Shown here: piece by piece, positions 38,734 to 46,531 of the stretch
Layout of the letters: each line of letters starts with the position of its first letter
Numbering within the stretch: the first letter of the stretch is position 1
From: a virus
Taxonomy: Duplodnaviria > Caudoviricetes
IMG/VR virus record: IMGVR_UViG_3300014050_000031
Location: 1 to 53,711 of that record
Length of the DNA stretch: 53,711 bases
Direction: 5' to 3' (one strand)
Notes under the pieces: generated by a model
The model's input: the letters and a program-made list of their open reading frames with translations, nothing else
Database searches by the model: none
What the model was told of the DNA's origin: nothing
Translations under genes and position numbers: made by a program

Positions 38734-38830
38734 AGAAATCCTAAAGACCTTGTTTGTTGCCGCACTCGGCATCCTTGGTCTGTATGCATTAACGCGAGCA
38801 TTCCTATTCCTTACAACCCTTTATCCCTAA
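38723..38830 (+). CDS. 35-aa membrane peptide (not in the ORF track)
   Basis: Hand translation MPIREILKTLFVAALGILGLYALTRAFLFLTTLYP. Fills the gap. Confidence 0.5.
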   Translation: MPIREILKTLFVAALGILGLYALTRAFLFLTTLYP

Positions 38831-38834
38831 AATC

Positions 38835-39014
38835 ATGACCGAATTGTATCGACGCAGACAAATCAACAAGGCCGCTAAATTGCTCAACGAGGGCAATATC
38901 GAAGGCTTCAAAATATTGGAAGAACTTATTGAAAAGGAAGAGAACAAAATTACCGCTATGTTCCTTGAAAGATTAACCGAGGAACTGAAGCTTCAAATCC
39001 CCACAAAGCCATGA
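38835..39014 (+). CDS. 59-aa hypothetical protein (not in the ORF track)
   Basis: MTELYRRRQINKAAKLL...; ATGA overlap with the next gene. Confidence 0.65.
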   Translation: MTELYRRRQINKAAKLLNEGNIEGFKILEELIEKEENKITAMFLERLTEELKLQIPTKP

Positions 39015-39328
39015 GCCTAAACAAAACAAGAGAGGAGATGATGGCCATATTGGCCGAATCCCTGCAGACCGAGGACCCGAACGAAAGGATATTCATACGA
39101 ACGGTGGATGAATTCTATGGGAACCAAGTCCCGGTATCGGAGAAAGGAGGCATATGGACTTCCGGTGAAAGCGGATATACCTACAAGGGCAGAACCGCAT
39201 TCAATTACTACAACGAATCCCCGCAATACCAATCCGGCGTATACAAACCACTTGCAAACATGCTTGAAAAGCACGGTTGGTATGCCGAATGGTACGACCC
39301 AGGAACAATCTTTATCTTTGAAATCTAA
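39011..39328 (+). CDS. Hypothetical early protein
   Basis: 105 aa ending GWYAEWYDPGT. Coupled start. Confidence 0.75.
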   Translation: MSLNKTREEMMAILAESLQTEDPNERIFIRTVDEFYGNQVPVSEKGGIWTSGESGYTYKGRTAFNYYNESPQYQSGVYKPLANMLEKHGWYAEWYDPGTIFIFEI

Positions 39329-39340
39329 CCAAAACAAACC

Positions 39341-39370
39341 AAACTCCGGGATGGGAGATATACCAAACAA
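39341..39370 (+). repeat. 30-bp leader element, copy 1
   Basis: AAACTCCGGGATGGGAGATATACCAAACAA, 27/30 identical to 42006-42035. Confidence 0.75.
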
Positions 39371-39378
39371 AATCTGCT

Positions 39379-39843
39379 ATGGGACTAGACATGTATCTAT
39401 CCAAGAAAACCTATGTCCAAAATTGGAGCCATATGGCTCCCAAAGAGAGGCATAGTGTAACCGTCAAGCGTGGTGGCGTAGATGTACCACACATCAAGCC
39501 CGAACGGGTATCCTACATCGTGGAGGAAATCCACTCGTGGCGTAAAGCAAACCAAATCCACCGGTGGTTTGTAGAAAACGTCCAAGGCGGAATGGACAAC
39601 TGCGAGGAGTATTTTGTGTCAAGGGACAACCTCAAAGAGCTATTACAGGAATGCAGGAGAGCCCTTGAAAACAAAGAATCGGCATCCGACATACTACCAA
39701 CAGCGGAGGGATTCTTCTTTGGGTCAACAGATTACGACGAGTTCTACCTCCAAGACATCAAAGAAACCGCAGAAATGTTGGAGAAACTCTTTGAAGAGGA
39801 ACCCGAAAACGAATGCGACTTCTATTATCAATCATCCTGGTAA
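39379..39843 (+). CDS. Hypothetical phage protein (MGLDMY/WRKANQIH type)
   Basis: MGLDMYL, WRKANQIHRWF, GFFFGS and YYQSSW motifs. Confidence 0.85.
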   Translation: MGLDMYLSKKTYVQNWSHMAPKERHSVTVKRGGVDVPHIKPERVSYIVEEIHSWRKANQIHRWFVENVQGGMDNCEEYFVSRDNLKELLQECRRALENKESASDILPTAEGFFFGSTDYDEFYLQDIKETAEMLEKLFEEEPENECDFYYQSSW

Positions 39844-39880
39844 ATGCTATTTGTACAATGAGACATAAGCGGTACCTTTG
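39841..39880 (+). promoter_or_regulatory. Sigma-A type early promoter P3
   Basis: TAAATGCTA-TTTG (39850), 19-nt spacer, TACCTTTG (39873). Near-duplicate of P2. Confidence 0.8.
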
Positions 39881-39905
39881 TATTAATGAATTCAACAACA
39901 AATAA

Positions 39906-39927
39906 AAAGTCTACTATAGTGTACTTT
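39906..39927 (+). promoter_or_regulatory. Near-palindrome, copy 6 (variant)
   Basis: AAAGTCTACTATAGTGTACTTT, 26 nt after the P3 -7 box. Confidence 0.7.
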
Positions 39928-39962
39928 TTCAATTCAAACATCATACACTCAACCCCATCAAT

Positions 39963-40208
39963 ATGTTAGAAATCAGCAAAGAATTCCAAGATTTTATCGA
40001 AGTTAGAGTGATCATCCGTTTCTGCATTAATGTGAACGGCCATGAAATCTCGGGCAAATACACGAATGAGGACATCCCTGCATTCAATTGTTCATCGGTA
40101 GAATTTGACGACCCCAAATTTATGTACGAATCCGGAACATTCACCTCCGAAGAAGTGGATGAAATCCAAGAATGGATAGAACACAATATCGAACTCCCTA
40201 GAATTTAA
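39963..40208 (+). CDS. Hypothetical acidic protein
   Basis: 81-aa ORF downstream of P3. Confidence 0.7.
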   Translation: MLEISKEFQDFIEVRVIIRFCINVNGHEISGKYTNEDIPAFNCSSVEFDDPKFMYESGTFTSEEVDEIQEWIEHNIELPRI

Positions 40209-40232
40209 CCATCAACCCTAAACCCAAATCAA

Positions 40233-40760
40233 ATGCAAAAAATTCAGTTAGGTAGCAGCGTGGCCGTATCCGACCCATGCTACGAGAAGGCAGAGAAAAC
40301 ATTCGATAATGTGTTATCAGGGAACTATGTTCCTTTTGTGCGTAGCTTATTACTCAAAAATTGGGGCAACCGAATCGGAGCGTTGGTGTGCGTACATGAA
40401 TCATTCGTCAACGATGAGTTGACATGGGAGGAAAGGGGCGCAATCGGCGTGGACTCAGGCCAAGCGGGAATCTTCTCCTTGGAGACCTACCAAAAAGACG
40501 AGGCCGTAGTTGGCCTAACGCCTTACGATTTCAAGGGCGGTCATCCCGACATGGAAGATTTTTGGTATCGAGTATGTTGCAACATAACCAGTGGAGAACG
40601 ATCATGGGGCACTTACGACAAGGGTGTTGTGAGTTCGTCGGGCTTAGGCGATGGATGCTACGATGTGTATGTGGCCAAGCACGGAGAAAAAATTGTAGGC
40701 ATCTACATTGACTTTGGTATTTACGAAGACCCCGACTTTCATTTTTACTTATGCGCCTGA
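40233..40760 (+). CDS. DUF4241-like protein
   Basis: VSDPCY, GVDSGQAGIF and SSGLGDGCYDVY motifs. Confidence 0.7.
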   Translation: MQKIQLGSSVAVSDPCYEKAEKTFDNVLSGNYVPFVRSLLLKNWGNRIGALVCVHESFVNDELTWEERGAIGVDSGQAGIFSLETYQKDEAVVGLTPYDFKGGHPDMEDFWYRVCCNITSGERSWGTYDKGVVSSSGLGDGCYDVYVAKHGEKIVGIYIDFGIYEDPDFHFYLCA

Positions 40761-40797
40761 ACACCCTCTTTTTTCCTTTCCACCTAAACCCATCAAT

Positions 40798-41244
40798 ATG
40801 AAAACAACCTATGTAAAATCCCGCCAAATCACCTGTGTATCCGAGCCTTCAGTCTTTGAGAAGGTAAAGATAACAAGCCCAGACGCTGCCGAAAGATTCG
40901 CCCGACAATTCTACCACGAGGACATTGAACTCTACGAGTCCATGTTCATCATGATGCTGAATCGTGCCGGCATGGTCACATCCTACGCCAAGATATCCCA
41001 AGGTGGAACATCCGGAACGGTGGCAGACCCAAAGATCATCGCCAAGTACGCGGTGGATGACCTATGTGCTAGCGTAATCCTCGTGCACAACCACCCATCA
41101 GGAAACAGAGAACCCTCGCAAGAGGACAAAGACTTGACGAAGAAAGTGAAGCAAGGACTAGCAATGCTTGACATCAAACTGCACGACCACATCATCCTAA
41201 CCACAAGCGGATACACATCCCTTGCAAACGAAGGACTAATCTAA
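40798..41244 (+). CDS. radC: RadC-type JAB domain protein
   Basis: E.MFIMMLN, ISQGG..GTVADP, ILVHNHPSG..PSQED and LHDHIIL motifs. JAB domain only. Confidence 0.9.
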   Translation: MKTTYVKSRQITCVSEPSVFEKVKITSPDAAERFARQFYHEDIELYESMFIMMLNRAGMVTSYAKISQGGTSGTVADPKIIAKYAVDDLCASVILVHNHPSGNREPSQEDKDLTKKVKQGLAMLDIKLHDHIILTTSGYTSLANEGLI

Positions 41245-41278
41245 CCCAAACCCTAAACCCTATAAACTCAAGTAACCT

Positions 41279-42007
41279 ATGCCAAAAGTAGTATATGTGG
41301 ATGGCGGCAACCTGTTTGTCGTATCCAAGTCTCCGTCTTCCAACAAGAAGATCACCGGCTCCAATGCGGACATCGTGCAGACCTACACCTTCAGCCTTGA
41401 GCAGTACCGGCTAGCCAATTCGGGGATGAAGTTCACAATGAAGGAGTTCTTTGCCCTGGACTCATCGTGTTGCCTTGACTGCCCATTCTCAGGCAACCAA
41501 CGGGCCAAAGACAAATCCCTCAAGCAGGGATGCTATACCCACAAGTTCATGCAATACACGGGATTCCTATCCATGCTACGCCACATCAAACCACAAGATG
41601 TAACCCTCTTGGATGACGATAAGCGTAGACGCATTGTAAGCCTCTGTGACGCATCGTATGTCCGCTTTGGTACCTATGGTGAGCCAAGCCTTATGGATGC
41701 AACCTTGGTCTCCCAAATGGCCCGTGTGGCAAAGGTATGGACAGGCTACACCCACCAATGGGCCAAGCCGTGGGCCAAAGAGTACGGCTCTTGGTTTATG
41801 GCATCCGTGCACACCGAGTCGGAGGTCGACCTGGCAGAGCAGTTGGATTACCGATCGTTCCTATCCAAGGGAGCGGATGACCCTGTATCTGGGGTCGTAT
41901 GTCCTGCATCCAAGGAGGCGGGATACAAATCAACCTGTGACAAATGTGGCCTATGCTCCGGCACGATGGGCAAGGGCAAGAAGAATGTAACAATCAACCT
42001 ACACTAA
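41279..42007 (+). CDS. Cys-rich phage protein, possible metal/Fe-S enzyme
   Basis: CCLDCP..GCY, VRFGTYGEP, WTGYTHQW and CPAS..CDKCGLC motifs. Confidence 0.7.
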   Translation: MPKVVYVDGGNLFVVSKSPSSNKKITGSNADIVQTYTFSLEQYRLANSGMKFTMKEFFALDSSCCLDCPFSGNQRAKDKSLKQGCYTHKFMQYTGFLSMLRHIKPQDVTLLDDDKRRRIVSLCDASYVRFGTYGEPSLMDATLVSQMARVAKVWTGYTHQWAKPWAKEYGSWFMASVHTESEVDLAEQLDYRSFLSKGADDPVSGVVCPASKEAGYKSTCDKCGLCSGTMGKGKKNVTINLH

Positions 42008-42035
42008 ACTCTGGGACGGGAGATATACCGAACAA
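42006..42035 (+). repeat. 30-bp leader element, copy 2
   Basis: AAACTCTGGGACGGGAGATATACCGAACAA, ending 7 nt before the ATG at 42043. Confidence 0.75.
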
Positions 42036-42042
42036 CTTTTAT

Positions 42043-42639
42043 ATGCCAAATTGGTGCTCAAACTTTCTAGTCGTATCGGGAGGTACGCCAGAAAACCTCA
42101 GCTTAATTGCTGAAAAATTCTCAGACCCATCCAACAACAGGGTCTTTGAGTCACTCATCGGTAGGGATCCTAAATTCGATGAGAAGGATTGGTACAACCA
42201 CAATTGTGCTACCTATGGCACAAAGTGGGACATCAATGGTGACGAATACATCCTCAATCCGACTGACGATTTGGGTGGATTCTCTGTGAGTTTTGACACG
42301 GCTTGGAGTCCTGCGACTCCGTTCGCCCTTGCCTTGTCCAAGAAGTACGGCGTTGATGTGCGGCTTGAGTACGAGGAGTGTGGATGTGACTTTGCCGGTT
42401 GGATGACTGCATCATCGGGAGAACTTGGCGAAGATGTGCAGATGGATTACCACGAAGGCAAGTATGCCATGGATTCCGATCGCTATATGGAGTGCGAAGC
42501 AGAATCTCTCATAGAGTGGGCCATCAATGACGAACTTACCGAGCAGGAGTTCATTGATAAGCACTTGCACTTTATGAGCGAGAGAGACAGAGAGAATATC
42601 CTACAAGACTTCAGAGACTTACAAAAAACTAACCCTTAA
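42043..42639 (+). CDS. DUF1281/YubB ferredoxin-like fold protein
   Basis: MPNWCSN start, WY......YGTKWD, FDTAWSP and YEECGCDFAG motifs. Confidence 0.8.
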   Translation: MPNWCSNFLVVSGGTPENLSLIAEKFSDPSNNRVFESLIGRDPKFDEKDWYNHNCATYGTKWDINGDEYILNPTDDLGGFSVSFDTAWSPATPFALALSKKYGVDVRLEYEECGCDFAGWMTASSGELGEDVQMDYHEGKYAMDSDRYMECEAESLIEWAINDELTEQEFIDKHLHFMSERDRENILQDFRDLQKTNP

Positions 42640-42651
42640 ACTAAATCAATT

Positions 42652-42894
42652 ATGAAAAAGAATCTCTATTCAGCACTACCCGATCACGTTAGGGATGAAC
42701 TTAATCGGTCAGAACAATGGCCCGAAGCAAAAAAAAACATTGTAAGTCATTGCAAAGAAGCAAAATCTCTTGATGAGTTGACTCTTAATCAAATCAAGCG
42801 CCTTGTCTTGTTTGGATTCAGGGAAGTTACAAAAGAACAAATAGAACTACAGAGTGCATTATCTTTAATCTCACAAAAACTACAAACACTATGA
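42652..42894 (+). CDS. Hypothetical protein
   Basis: 80-aa ORF with an A-rich start context. Confidence 0.65.
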   Translation: MKKNLYSALPDHVRDELNRSEQWPEAKKNIVSHCKEAKSLDELTLNQIKRLVLFGFREVTKEQIELQSALSLISQKLQTL

Positions 42895-43085
42895 AAACCT
42901 TAGACTACAACAAGATATCCGACATTGAATTTGACGGTATCGACACCGAAGACTATCCCGATTTCTGCGATGCGTTCATCATAAGTGCAAACTACGATGG
43001 CGAACCAATGACCAAAGAACAATTGGAGGAGGTCAACGAGGATGGCAGTTTTGTGTACGAATCCCTTATGAAACACTTATATTAA
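42891..43085 (+). CDS. Small acidic phage protein
   Basis: IEFDGIDTEDYPDFCDAFI motif. Coupled start. Confidence 0.75.
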   Translation: MKTLDYNKISDIEFDGIDTEDYPDFCDAFIISANYDGEPMTKEQLEEVNEDGSFVYESLMKHLY

Positions 43086-43104
43086 CCCTTAAATCAAAAC
43101 AATT

Positions 43105-43773
43105 ATGCTAACAAAAACCCAACAGGAACTTGTAGATGGAATCATCGGCGAGTTCAACAACATCAACGCGAAGGACGCATCCAAGAAAACGGATGGACGA
43201 TTCACCCTTGCGAGTGTACGCAAATGCGAACATGACAAGGAGGAGTTTATTCGCAACATGAACCTCCATAACTCTGCCATGCTTTCTTTATTCCGAGAGA
43301 AAGTGTTGTCCGATATCAAGGAGTTCACCGAAGAGTTCGGGTCGGTCATTGATGTGAAACTTTGCATGGAATACGCAGATCCCGACATGAGTAACCACCA
43401 AATGTTGCTTGAACTAAAGGACAATTGGATGGACAAAGAGCATCGTCATTCTTCCGGTACAACTAAAGCCAAGCAAATAAAGGCGTACTTTGTTTCCAAG
43501 ACAAAGACCCAAAAGGCGGAGTGCCATCAATCAAGGTTTGAGAAAATAAACGTTGGCTCGGCAATATTCTTCACGGCATTCATCACGCCAAAAGCCGATT
43601 GGGCAAGCATAGCTTTAGAGGATGGCTCCTATTATCGTATGCTAAAGATTAGCGGCATTCAATACTCGTTGTACGATTGGCTATGCGACGAACATTATCC
43701 CTCCTATTCATCGCTTGATGAAATGTTGCAGAATTCTAAAAAATTTCAGAGTCAAATCGTTCGTATATCCTAA
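43105..43773 (+). CDS. Hypothetical protein
   Basis: 222-aa ORF in the early gene run. Confidence 0.7.
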   Translation: MLTKTQQELVDGIIGEFNNINAKDASKKTDGRFTLASVRKCEHDKEEFIRNMNLHNSAMLSLFREKVLSDIKEFTEEFGSVIDVKLCMEYADPDMSNHQMLLELKDNWMDKEHRHSSGTTKAKQIKAYFVSKTKTQKAECHQSRFEKINVGSAIFFTAFITPKADWASIALEDGSYYRMLKISGIQYSLYDWLCDEHYPSYSSLDEMLQNSKKFQSQIVRIS

Positions 43774-43792
43774 TTAAACACCACTAAAAGTT

Positions 43793-44044
43793 ATGTCTAA
43801 ACAATCTTTAACTAAAATACACGTCAATCAGCACCACATACGCTCCAATAAAGTAAACGGAACTGACTTACCGGTCATAACCGTTAAGCAGGGTAGAAAG
43901 AACACGTACTGCAACGAGGTTGAGATACTTGGCCCAAGTAGGGTCGTGTATTCCGGATCGGGCTGTGACACCAAGGCGTTACTGTTGTGTGGTGCCAGGG
44001 TTGTCATAGAAACAAGCTCACCAATTAACATAATTAAACCTTAA
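43793..44044 (+). CDS. Small hypothetical phage protein
   Basis: IHVNQHHIRSN..PVITVK..CGARVVIET motif. Confidence 0.75.
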   Translation: MSKQSLTKIHVNQHHIRSNKVNGTDLPVITVKQGRKNTYCNEVEILGPSRVVYSGSGCDTKALLLCGARVVIETSSPINIIKP

Positions 44045-44057
44045 ACCAAACCTAACA

Positions 44058-44369
44058 ATGAAAGACATCACCAAAATCGTTCACATTCAACTCTTTTCCC
44101 CTGCCAGGGAGGAGATGACCCTACTGACCAACCTGGTAGAAGGCTCCATCAAGCACATCCTTTATTCGGGACACTCATCGTACGGCACCAAGTTGCCTCT
44201 CAACATGCTTGGACTACCGACCGGCATGCATCTGCCCGTTGACAAGTTGTACGATGACGAAACTCTCCACGAGTTTGCACAAAGAATCGTACAGATGATT
44301 GAGGAGGACTCGCATATGACAATCTACAAAGTAGTAGACAACAACGTCAAGTTTCACTCATTTGAGTAG
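44058..44369 (+). CDS. Hypothetical protein
   Basis: 103-aa ORF. Confidence 0.65.
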   Translation: MKDITKIVHIQLFSPAREEMTLLTNLVEGSIKHILYSGHSSYGTKLPLNMLGLPTGMHLPVDKLYDDETLHEFAQRIVQMIEEDSHMTIYKVVDNNVKFHSFE

Positions 44370-44418
44370 TTGCAAATGTGGATTTTATTCCTTAACTTAG
44401 AACCTTTAAATATCAATT

Positions 44419-44610
44419 ATGAGCGACGAAACAAAATGGATTAAATGTTCCGATCGGATGCCCGAGCAAGACACTCCGGTGCTGATTTACACAACCGATA
44501 TGTATCAAGCAATGGCTTGGCTATCGAACAACCGTTGGTACTACGAACACCAAACTTGGTTCCTCTCCGAAGTGAGCCACTGGATGCCCCTACCCCCTAA
44601 CCCTTTTTAA
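44419..44610 (+). CDS. DUF551-like protein
   Basis: WIKCSDRMPE...VSHWMPLP. Confidence 0.85.
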   Translation: MSDETKWIKCSDRMPEQDTPVLIYTTDMYQAMAWLSNNRWYYEHQTWFLSEVSHWMPLPPNPF

Positions 44611-44869
44611 CCCAATCAAAATGAAAACACCAAGCGAACTAAGAGACTATTTTGCAGCAAAAGCCCTTGAAGGGAGATTTTCAAACGATTCATTGTATCG
44701 CTCAATATTTATGAATGCAGGTCATGACACAAGAGACAAAGAAAAAGACACTTATGAGGACTATATAGCCCAACAGTGCTATAAAATGGCAGACGCTATG
44801 ATGAAAGAGCGAAAGATTCTATTGAATGCCCCTACCCCCTAACCCTTTTTAACCCAAACAAAATGAAAA
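44584..44869 (+). repeat. 44-bp direct repeat pair bracketing one gene
   Basis: 44584-44627 and 44826-44869, 43/44 identical. Confidence 0.9.
44621..44842 (+). CDS. Small phage protein (LRDYFAAKA type)
   Basis: LRDYFAAKA...CYKMADAMMKER motif. Confidence 0.8.
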   Translation: MKTPSELRDYFAAKALEGRFSNDSLYRSIFMNAGHDTRDKEKDTYEDYIAQQCYKMADAMMKERKILLNAPTP

Positions 44870-45267
44870 AAGATTTTATCCCCTACGAACAAGCCCTTGC
44901 ACTCAAAGAGCTTGGGTTTGATGAACCTTGTTTTGGTGGTTATTATTCAAATCAAGACAATGTAAATCTTTGGTTTTTCAAGGAGGCAAAAAATTCAGAT
45001 AGGGATGAAAGAGTAAGAGAAGGATTTGCAACAGCACCAACCTACTCACAAGCATTTAGATGGTTTAGAGAGAAGCATAACATACTTGCAACAGTGTACT
45101 CTAACGCATCAGGTTATCTGTATGAATGGAGCGACAATGTAGGCGGTACTCATAGAGGTTGGTCTGATTATGAAGGACCTAATGACGGCGGAGTATGGGA
45201 TACCTACGAAGAAGCAGAACTTGCCTGCCTTAAAAAACTAATTGAACTTTTAACCCAAACAAAATGA
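44863..45267 (+). CDS. Hypothetical Bacteroidota-phage protein
   Basis: FIPYEQALALKELGFDEPC, APTYSQAFRWFREK and TYEEAELACLKKLIE motifs. Confidence 0.8.
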   Translation: MKKDFIPYEQALALKELGFDEPCFGGYYSNQDNVNLWFFKEAKNSDRDERVREGFATAPTYSQAFRWFREKHNILATVYSNASGYLYEWSDNVGGTHRGWSDYEGPNDGGVWDTYEEAELACLKKLIELLTQTK

Positions 45268-45605
45268 AATACAAAATCTTTCATCACCGCGACAACAGTT
45301 ATGACATCATCACGGAGGACGGAGGCGTAGCTGCGTTCTACCACAATGACGAGTGCTTTGTCACGCACTATTATCAGAGAAGCCTCAGCGAGTGCAACCC
45401 TGCGAACTACGTGTGGGACGAACTATCCGAGGGCAAAATCTACATCAAGGATTGGGAGGGTGACCCGAAGGTCAGCGAGGTAATCATGGACGCATTAGAG
45501 TGGCTTGTGTTTCCCGCACCCGCAGAAGGATGGGAACTCGATCAAAGTATTTGGAATGAGTTTTTTCCAACAACTGAAGTATTCAATCAAGCCTTAACTA
45601 TTTAA
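45264..45605 (+). CDS. Hypothetical protein
   Basis: 113-aa ORF lying between boundary repeats. Confidence 0.7.
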   Translation: MKYKIFHHRDNSYDIITEDGGVAAFYHNDECFVTHYYQRSLSECNPANYVWDELSEGKIYIKDWEGDPKVSEVIMDALEWLVFPAPAEGWELDQSIWNEFFPTTEVFNQALTI

Positions 45606-45615
45606 CCCAAACAAA

Positions 45616-45804
45616 ATGAACAACGAACTTTTAAAAGCAACCATTCATGTACTCAGATGCCTCAAGACAGACGCTGAAATGGCTCTGAGTGGCGATTGGG
45701 ATACTACAACTCAGGAAGGTATTGACGAGGGCTTTGAGGCTCAGATATCTTTAATTGAACCGCTCATTGACAAACTAACAAGAGAACTAAACGCTAAACC
45801 ATGA
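45616..45804 (+). CDS. Hypothetical protein
   Basis: 62-aa ORF starting in a boundary repeat. Confidence 0.65.
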   Translation: MNNELLKATIHVLRCLKTDAEMALSGDWDTTTQEGIDEGFEAQISLIEPLIDKLTRELNAKP

Positions 45805-46046
45805 AAGACGGACAAACAATCGGCCAATGGCTGAACTGGGACTTTAAGGCCAATGGAGGCCTTGATATTAAAGACAAGAATGGTAATGTTGTCTACTTTG
45901 AAAATTCAGATGGATATTGGGGTAAGAGTGAATTTGATTCGCAAGGTAATCGGATATACTTTGAGAATTCAGACGGTCTTATTAACCACATCCGCACTCC
46001 CGAAATCATTGAACACAACGGACGTAAATACCAACTAATACCCTAA
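45801..46046 (+). CDS. Small protein with duplicated GN..YFENSDG repeat
   Basis: Two YFENSDG units 21 aa apart. Coupled start. Confidence 0.75.
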   Translation: MKDGQTIGQWLNWDFKANGGLDIKDKNGNVVYFENSDGYWGKSEFDSQGNRIYFENSDGLINHIRTPEIIEHNGRKYQLIP

Positions 46047-46088
46047 CCATCCCCAAGCACTTTTGTTTAACCAATAAACCAACAGACA

Positions 46089-46313
46089 ATGAATAACGAA
46101 ACACAAAACAAATTCTTCGCAATCAATTGGTCTCAGTACGGCCAAGCGAGTAACAAGTCCGAGATGTGCGACACCTTTGTGTCGGCCTTTATGGACTGCG
46201 AACACACGCACGAGTTCGGTGCAGAGGCTCAGTCCTGGAAGGAATACTCCGAGGTCGTTGAGATAAACCCTGCCGGTGACGTCGTCAACTCCACCTATTT
46301 TGTAACCCTTTAA
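46089..46313 (+). CDS. Hypothetical protein
   Basis: 74-aa ORF with an A/C-rich leader. Confidence 0.65.
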   Translation: MNNETQNKFFAINWSQYGQASNKSEMCDTFVSAFMDCEHTHEFGAEAQSWKEYSEVVEINPAGDVVNSTYFVTL

Positions 46314-46324
46314 ACAAAGAAACC

Positions 46325-46522
46325 ATGTCAAAGTACCCAACAGGATCACACGCTACTTCGCTAATTGAATTTCAAAGAGAAAGAATAAGATGTATGGAAA
46401 AAAGAATAATAGAGTTGGAAAAAGAGAATGACTCACTCAAAAGGGAGCGGTCTAAGCCCAATGCCGTATCAGCAAATGCTATTGGTGCAATGGCGAAAAG
46501 TGACTATATTTGTATACATTAA
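46325..46522 (+). CDS. Hypothetical coiled-coil protein
   Basis: 65-aa ORF whose 3' end overlaps promoter P4. Confidence 0.55.
   Translation: MSKYPTGSHATSLIEFQRERIRCMEKRIIELEKENDSLKRERSKPNAVSANAIGAMAKSDYICIH
46474..46512 (+). promoter_or_regulatory. Sigma-A type promoter P4
   Basis: AAATGCTA-TTGG, 19-nt spacer, TATATTTG (46505). Same upstream AAATGCTA as P2 and P3. Confidence 0.7.
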
Positions 46523-46531
46523 AACATAGCT

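Larger units (their letters stand above)
44606..45620 (+). repeat. 20-bp gene-boundary repeat TTTAACCCAAACAAAATGAA x4
   Basis: Exact at 44848, 45249 and 45601; one mismatch at 44606. Each copy contains the next start codon. Confidence 0.9.

Noticed and set aside
35558-39927. CRISPR array from the repeated motifs or palindromes
   Set aside because: Repeats are too short or irregularly spaced (56 bp to about 1.5 kb), with no constant spacer length and no cas genes.
41242-41270. Telomere-like TAACCC/AAACCCT repeats
   Set aside because: Only 2-3 imperfect units, part of the A/C-rich unstructured leaders found throughout the early region.
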